Shown piece after piece: positions 22,071 through 24,784 of a DNA stretch of 24,784 bases; position 1 is the stretch's first letter; each line of letters begins with the position of its first letter. The DNA lies in the NCBI GenBank assembly GCA_965213685.1, contig CBDBZY010000006.1, positions 1 to 24,784 on the forward strand, given 5' to 3'. Under the pieces are notes generated by a model, which saw nothing but the letters and a program-made list of their open reading frames with translations, searched no databases and was not told the DNA's origin. This DNA is from a bacterium (GTDB taxonomy: Bacteria > UBA8248). Position numbers and translations under genes: made by a program.

Positions 22071-22152
22071 ATTTCCACAAACAAAAAGGATGAAATACAG
22101 CAGAGGAATCATTTTTCCACAAAGCGACGACAAAAGGCAAACCCTTTCCACA
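22071..22152 (+). promoter_or_regulatory. DnaA-box cluster upstream of dnaA (autoregulation and/or second half of a bipartite origin)
   Basis: ATTTCCACA (22071-22079), TTTTCCACA (22113-22121) and CTTTCCACA (22144-22152), all in one orientation in an AT-rich stretch. Confidence 0.75.
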
Positions 22153-22301
22153 GAAAAAGAGGCGACTTTCCGGTTTCCGGCGATTTGCGAACAAAAGGAC
22201 GTCGTCCGGGAGAGAGGGGGGAGCCGAAAAAACAGAGGGGGAGAGGAAGCCCCCGCCCGCGCGGGACGGCGCGAATTCCCGCCCGGTGCGGGAGAAGGTT
22301 C

Positions 22302-22330
22302 TTGACAACCGGGGTTTTGCTGGCTACCTT
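22302..22330 (+). promoter_or_regulatory. Putative sigma70 promoter of rpmH-rnpA-yidD-yidC
   Basis: TTGACA (22302-22307), 17-nt spacer, TACCTT (22325-22330). Confidence 0.75.
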
Positions 22331-22422
22331 ACGATCGGCTTTTCGGGAAGACGCTTTCTGGGTATGGCGATTCAGCGGAAACTGGCCCCCACAGTCTGGA
22401 CATTCTGGATGCGGAGCGTTTG

Positions 22423-22564
22423 GTGAAACGAACTTATCAGCCGAACAGAAGGAAGCGGGCGAAGACGCACGGGTTTCGCCGGCGGATGAAGACGGCGGCG
22501 GGCCGCGCGAATCATCCGGCGTCGCCGGGCCAAGGGTCGCAAGCGCCTCAGCACCTCCGCCTAG
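22423..22564 (+). CDS. rpmH: 50S ribosomal protein L34, with an apparent one-base insertion at ~22507-22511
   Basis: GTG start after GGAG; [28 protein letters not shown]. Removing one base from GGCCGCGCGAATCATC restores ...[20 protein letters not shown] (46 aa). Confidence 0.93.
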
Positions 22565-22626
22565 GCGCCGCCTCAGCCCGTCGTATTTGTTGGCTGGCGT
22601 ATTTGCCTTGTGGGAGGGCCGCGGGC

Positions 22627-22974
22627 ATGGACCAGGGCTTCCCGCCCGAGCGCAGGATTCGCAAGGGGAGCGAGTTCGCCGTCGTCTTCCGGGAGGGCCG
22701 CAAGCGCAGGTACCCGCACTTTACGCTGCACGTGTTGTCCACCCGCCGGAGGGATCGCGCGCGGCTCGGGATCATCGCGTCGCGCCGGGTGGGCGGAGCG
22801 GTTGTGAGAAATCGCGCCAAGCGGCTTCTGCGCGAGGCGTTTCGGTGCCGTGGCGCCCGCCTCCCCGCCGGACTGGACGTGGTGGCCGTGGCGCGCGGCT
22901 CGATCGCGAAAGCGAGGCTAGGGGATATTGAAAGGTCGTTTCGCGACGCTTTCGGTGGAAAAGCGACGCCCTGA
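22627..22974 (+). CDS. rnpA: Ribonuclease P protein component
   Basis: GGGAGG RBS before ATG 22627; [23 protein letters not shown] and the [13 protein letters not shown] (RNR) motif. Confidence 0.95.
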   Translation: MDQGFPPERRIRKGSEFAVVFREGRKRRYPHFTLHVLSTRRRDRARLGIIASRRVGGAVVRNRAKRLLREAFRCRGARLPAGLDVVAVARGSIAKARLGDIERSFRDAFGGKATP

Positions 22975-23212
22975 AAAACAGGCCGGTCCCGCCTCGCTGG
23001 CGGCGAGTGCCTTGGCGATCGCCCTGGTTCGGGGCTATCAGCTGGTTTTGTCTCCCGTGATGCCGGGCAGTTGCCGCTTCTCTCCCTCTTGTTCCTGCTA
23101 CGCGCTCGAGGCGTTTCGCCGCCACGCGCCGGCTCGGGCTTTGTGGCTCACCGTCCGCCGGATAGGACGCTGCCACCCATTTCATCCAGGGGGAAACGAT
23201 CCGGTTCCCTGA
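22928..23212 (+). CDS. yidD: Membrane protein insertion efficiency factor YidD
   Basis: [16 protein letters not shown] and [16 protein letters not shown]; lies between rnpA and yidC. Start uncertain (GTG 22955 is plausible). Confidence 0.93.
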   Translation: MKGRFATLSVEKRRPEKQAGPASLAASALAIALVRGYQLVLSPVMPGSCRFSPSCSCYALEAFRRHAPARALWLTVRRIGRCHPFHPGGNDPVP

Positions 23213-23237
23213 CAGATCCGGCAGAGGCGCTCTACAG

Positions 23238-24784
23238 ATGGAAAAAAACGCGATTCTCGCCGCCGTTTTGTCGATGGCGATACTGATTGGCTGGCAATAC
23301 CTCGTCGTGAAGCCCATCGAGGAGGAGCAGGCGCAGAAACAGCGGGCGGCCAAGGCCCAGAAAAAGGGGCCGTCGGACGTGGCGAGCACTCCCCTGCGCG
23401 CACCGGCGGCGGCCGCTCGGTCGGCGTCCCCGCCTGTTGCGTCCGCTCCGCCCGCCCCCACCGCCCCGTCAGGCGAGAGGCGCGTTCGGGTGGATGTGGG
23501 CGACGCGGTGTATGAACTGACGAACGTTGGTGCTGGCTTCCTGTCCGCGCGCCTCCTGAAATACCGGGAGGGGAAGAGGGGCTTCGTCGAGCTCGTGCCG
23601 GCGAGCCGCCCGGAAGTGCGTCCCCTTTTTTTCTGGGGCGGCCAGACGGCGGGGCGGCTGAACGCGGCGGCCTGGCAGGTCGAGGGCGGCGACCTGTCGC
23701 TCTCCAGGACGAATCCCGATGGAGTGGTGCGGTTCCTCTACCGGGGGGCGGACGGCCTGGCCGCCGAGAAGACGCTCGCCTTTCGCTACAACAGCTTCCG
23801 CATTCAAGCCAGGATACGCCTCCGCCGACCTTCCGTGAAGCATCCCATCGGCATCGTCTGGGGGCCGCGCGTGGGCGGCAGCGACGGCAACACCTATGGC
23901 GGCGTCATCGAGGGGCCCATGAGCTTCGTGGGCGAAGACCTCGAATACGACTATCCCGAGGCGGGAAAGGCCGTCACGCACGGCGCGGGACTCAAGTGGA
24001 CCTCGCTCCAGTCGAAGCACTTCATCACCGCGCTCATCCCCCGGAGCGGTGCGGGCGGGGCGGAGATTCACCTGCTCGGCCAGACGGATGCGCTCGGCGA
24101 ATACGCCGCCATCGTGCCCCTCTCGGGGGGAGAGGACGTCGAGGCGACGTTCGACGTCTACGCGGGGCCCAAGGCGGTGGAGCATCTTGCGAAGCTGAAC
24201 GTCCGCCTGGAGGATTCGCTGGACTACGGCATGTTCGCCTTCATCGCGAAGCCGCTCATGTCCGTCCTGCGCGCCTTTCACGCCGTTTCGGGCAACTGGG
24301 GCGTGGCCATCATCCTGCTGACCATCCTGGTGAAAATCGTTTTCTACCCCCTCACCCACGTCAGCATGCGCAACATGAAGGAGATGCAGAAGCTGCAGCC
24401 GCGCATCATGCAGCTGCGGGAGATTTACAAGGACGACAAGAGCAAGCTGAACGAGCAGACCATGGCCCTCTACAAGGAGCACAAGGTCAACCCGATGATG
24501 GGTTGCCTGCCCATGCTGATACAGATTCCCGTATTCTTCGGGCTGTATGAGGCCCTGCTGGTGTCGATAGAGTTGCGCGACGCGCCCTTTTTCGGCTGGG
24601 TGACCGACCTCTCGGTGCAGGACCCCTACCACATCTATACGATACTCATGGGCGCGTCCATGTTCCTGCAACAGAAGATGATGCCCACCGCGGGCGACCC
24701 CACCCAGGCGAAGATGATGATGTTCATGCCCATCATCTTCACGGGCATGTTCATCTTCTATCCCGTGCCCGTGGGCCTGGTGAT
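23238..24784 (+). CDS. yidC: Membrane protein insertase YidC (partial; runs off the window end)
   Basis: MEKNAILAAVLSMAILIGWQY N-terminal anchor, periplasmic domain, then in the same frame NWGVAIILLTILVK, MQKLQP, VNPMMGCLPMLIQIPVFFGLY and DLSVQDP. The long form points to a diderm. Confidence 0.96.
   Translation, partial: MEKNAILAAVLSMAILIGWQYLVVKPIEEEQAQKQRAAKAQKKGPSDVASTPLRAPAAAARSASPPVASAPPAPTAPSGERRVRVDVGDAVYELTNVGAGFLSARLLKYREGKRGFVELVPASRPEVRPLFFWGGQTAGRLNAAAWQVEGGDLSLSRTNPDGVVRFLYRGADGLAAEKTLAFRYNSFRIQARIRLRRPSVKHPIGIVWGPRVGGSDGNTYGGVIEGPMSFVGEDLEYDYPEAGKAVTHGAGLKWTSLQSKHFITALIPRSGAGGAEIHLLGQTDALGEYAAIVPLSGGEDVEATFDVYAGPKAVEHLAKLNVRLEDSLDYGMFAFIAKPLMSVLRAFHAVSGNWGVAIILLTILVKIVFYPLTHVSMRNMKEMQKLQPRIMQLREIYKDDKSKLNEQTMALYKEHKVNPMMGCLPMLIQIPVFFGLYEALLVSIELRDAPFFGWVTDLSVQDPYHIYTILMGASMFLQQKMMPTAGDPTQAKMMMFMPIIFTGMFIFYPVPVGLV

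Noticed and set aside
22020-22151. 44-aa N-terminal extension of DnaA in the ORF track
   Set aside because: AT-rich, atypical codons, contains DnaA boxes; domain I homology begins at MTNLW.

Overview
High-GC bacterial chromosomal window spanning the replication origin. Left to right: a complete ISC Fe-S assembly operon on the minus strand (Rrf2/iscR-iscS-iscU-iscA-hscB-hscA-fdx) with an IscR type-1-like operator; an orphan LivK-type periplasmic binding protein; mutY; an NDUFA9-like SDR and truD; a lone half-size permease; a three-gene block hanging off gyrA (TPR + FGE-fold lipoprotein, secreted Pro-rich hypothetical, tandem rhodanese); gyrA-gyrB-recF; oriC; dnaA; then divergently rpmH-rnpA-yidD-yidC (partial). 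Most of the window is housekeeping, and I see no mobile element, CRISPR array or RNA gene. Main points of interest: (1) a Bacillus-like basal unwinding module (overlapping DnaA boxes, GC motif, six DnaA-trios) downstream of dnaA, plus a second box cluster upstream; (2) dnaN is missing from the dnaA-recF-gyrB block; (3) the GyrA quinolone-resistance region is atypical ([10 protein letters not shown]); (4) the gyrA-coupled three-gene block is uncharacterised and is the best, though speculative, candidate for an undescribed system; (5) fdx and rpmH each carry a single-base frameshift, probably sequencing errors. No database searches were run; calls rest on recognisable motifs and synteny.
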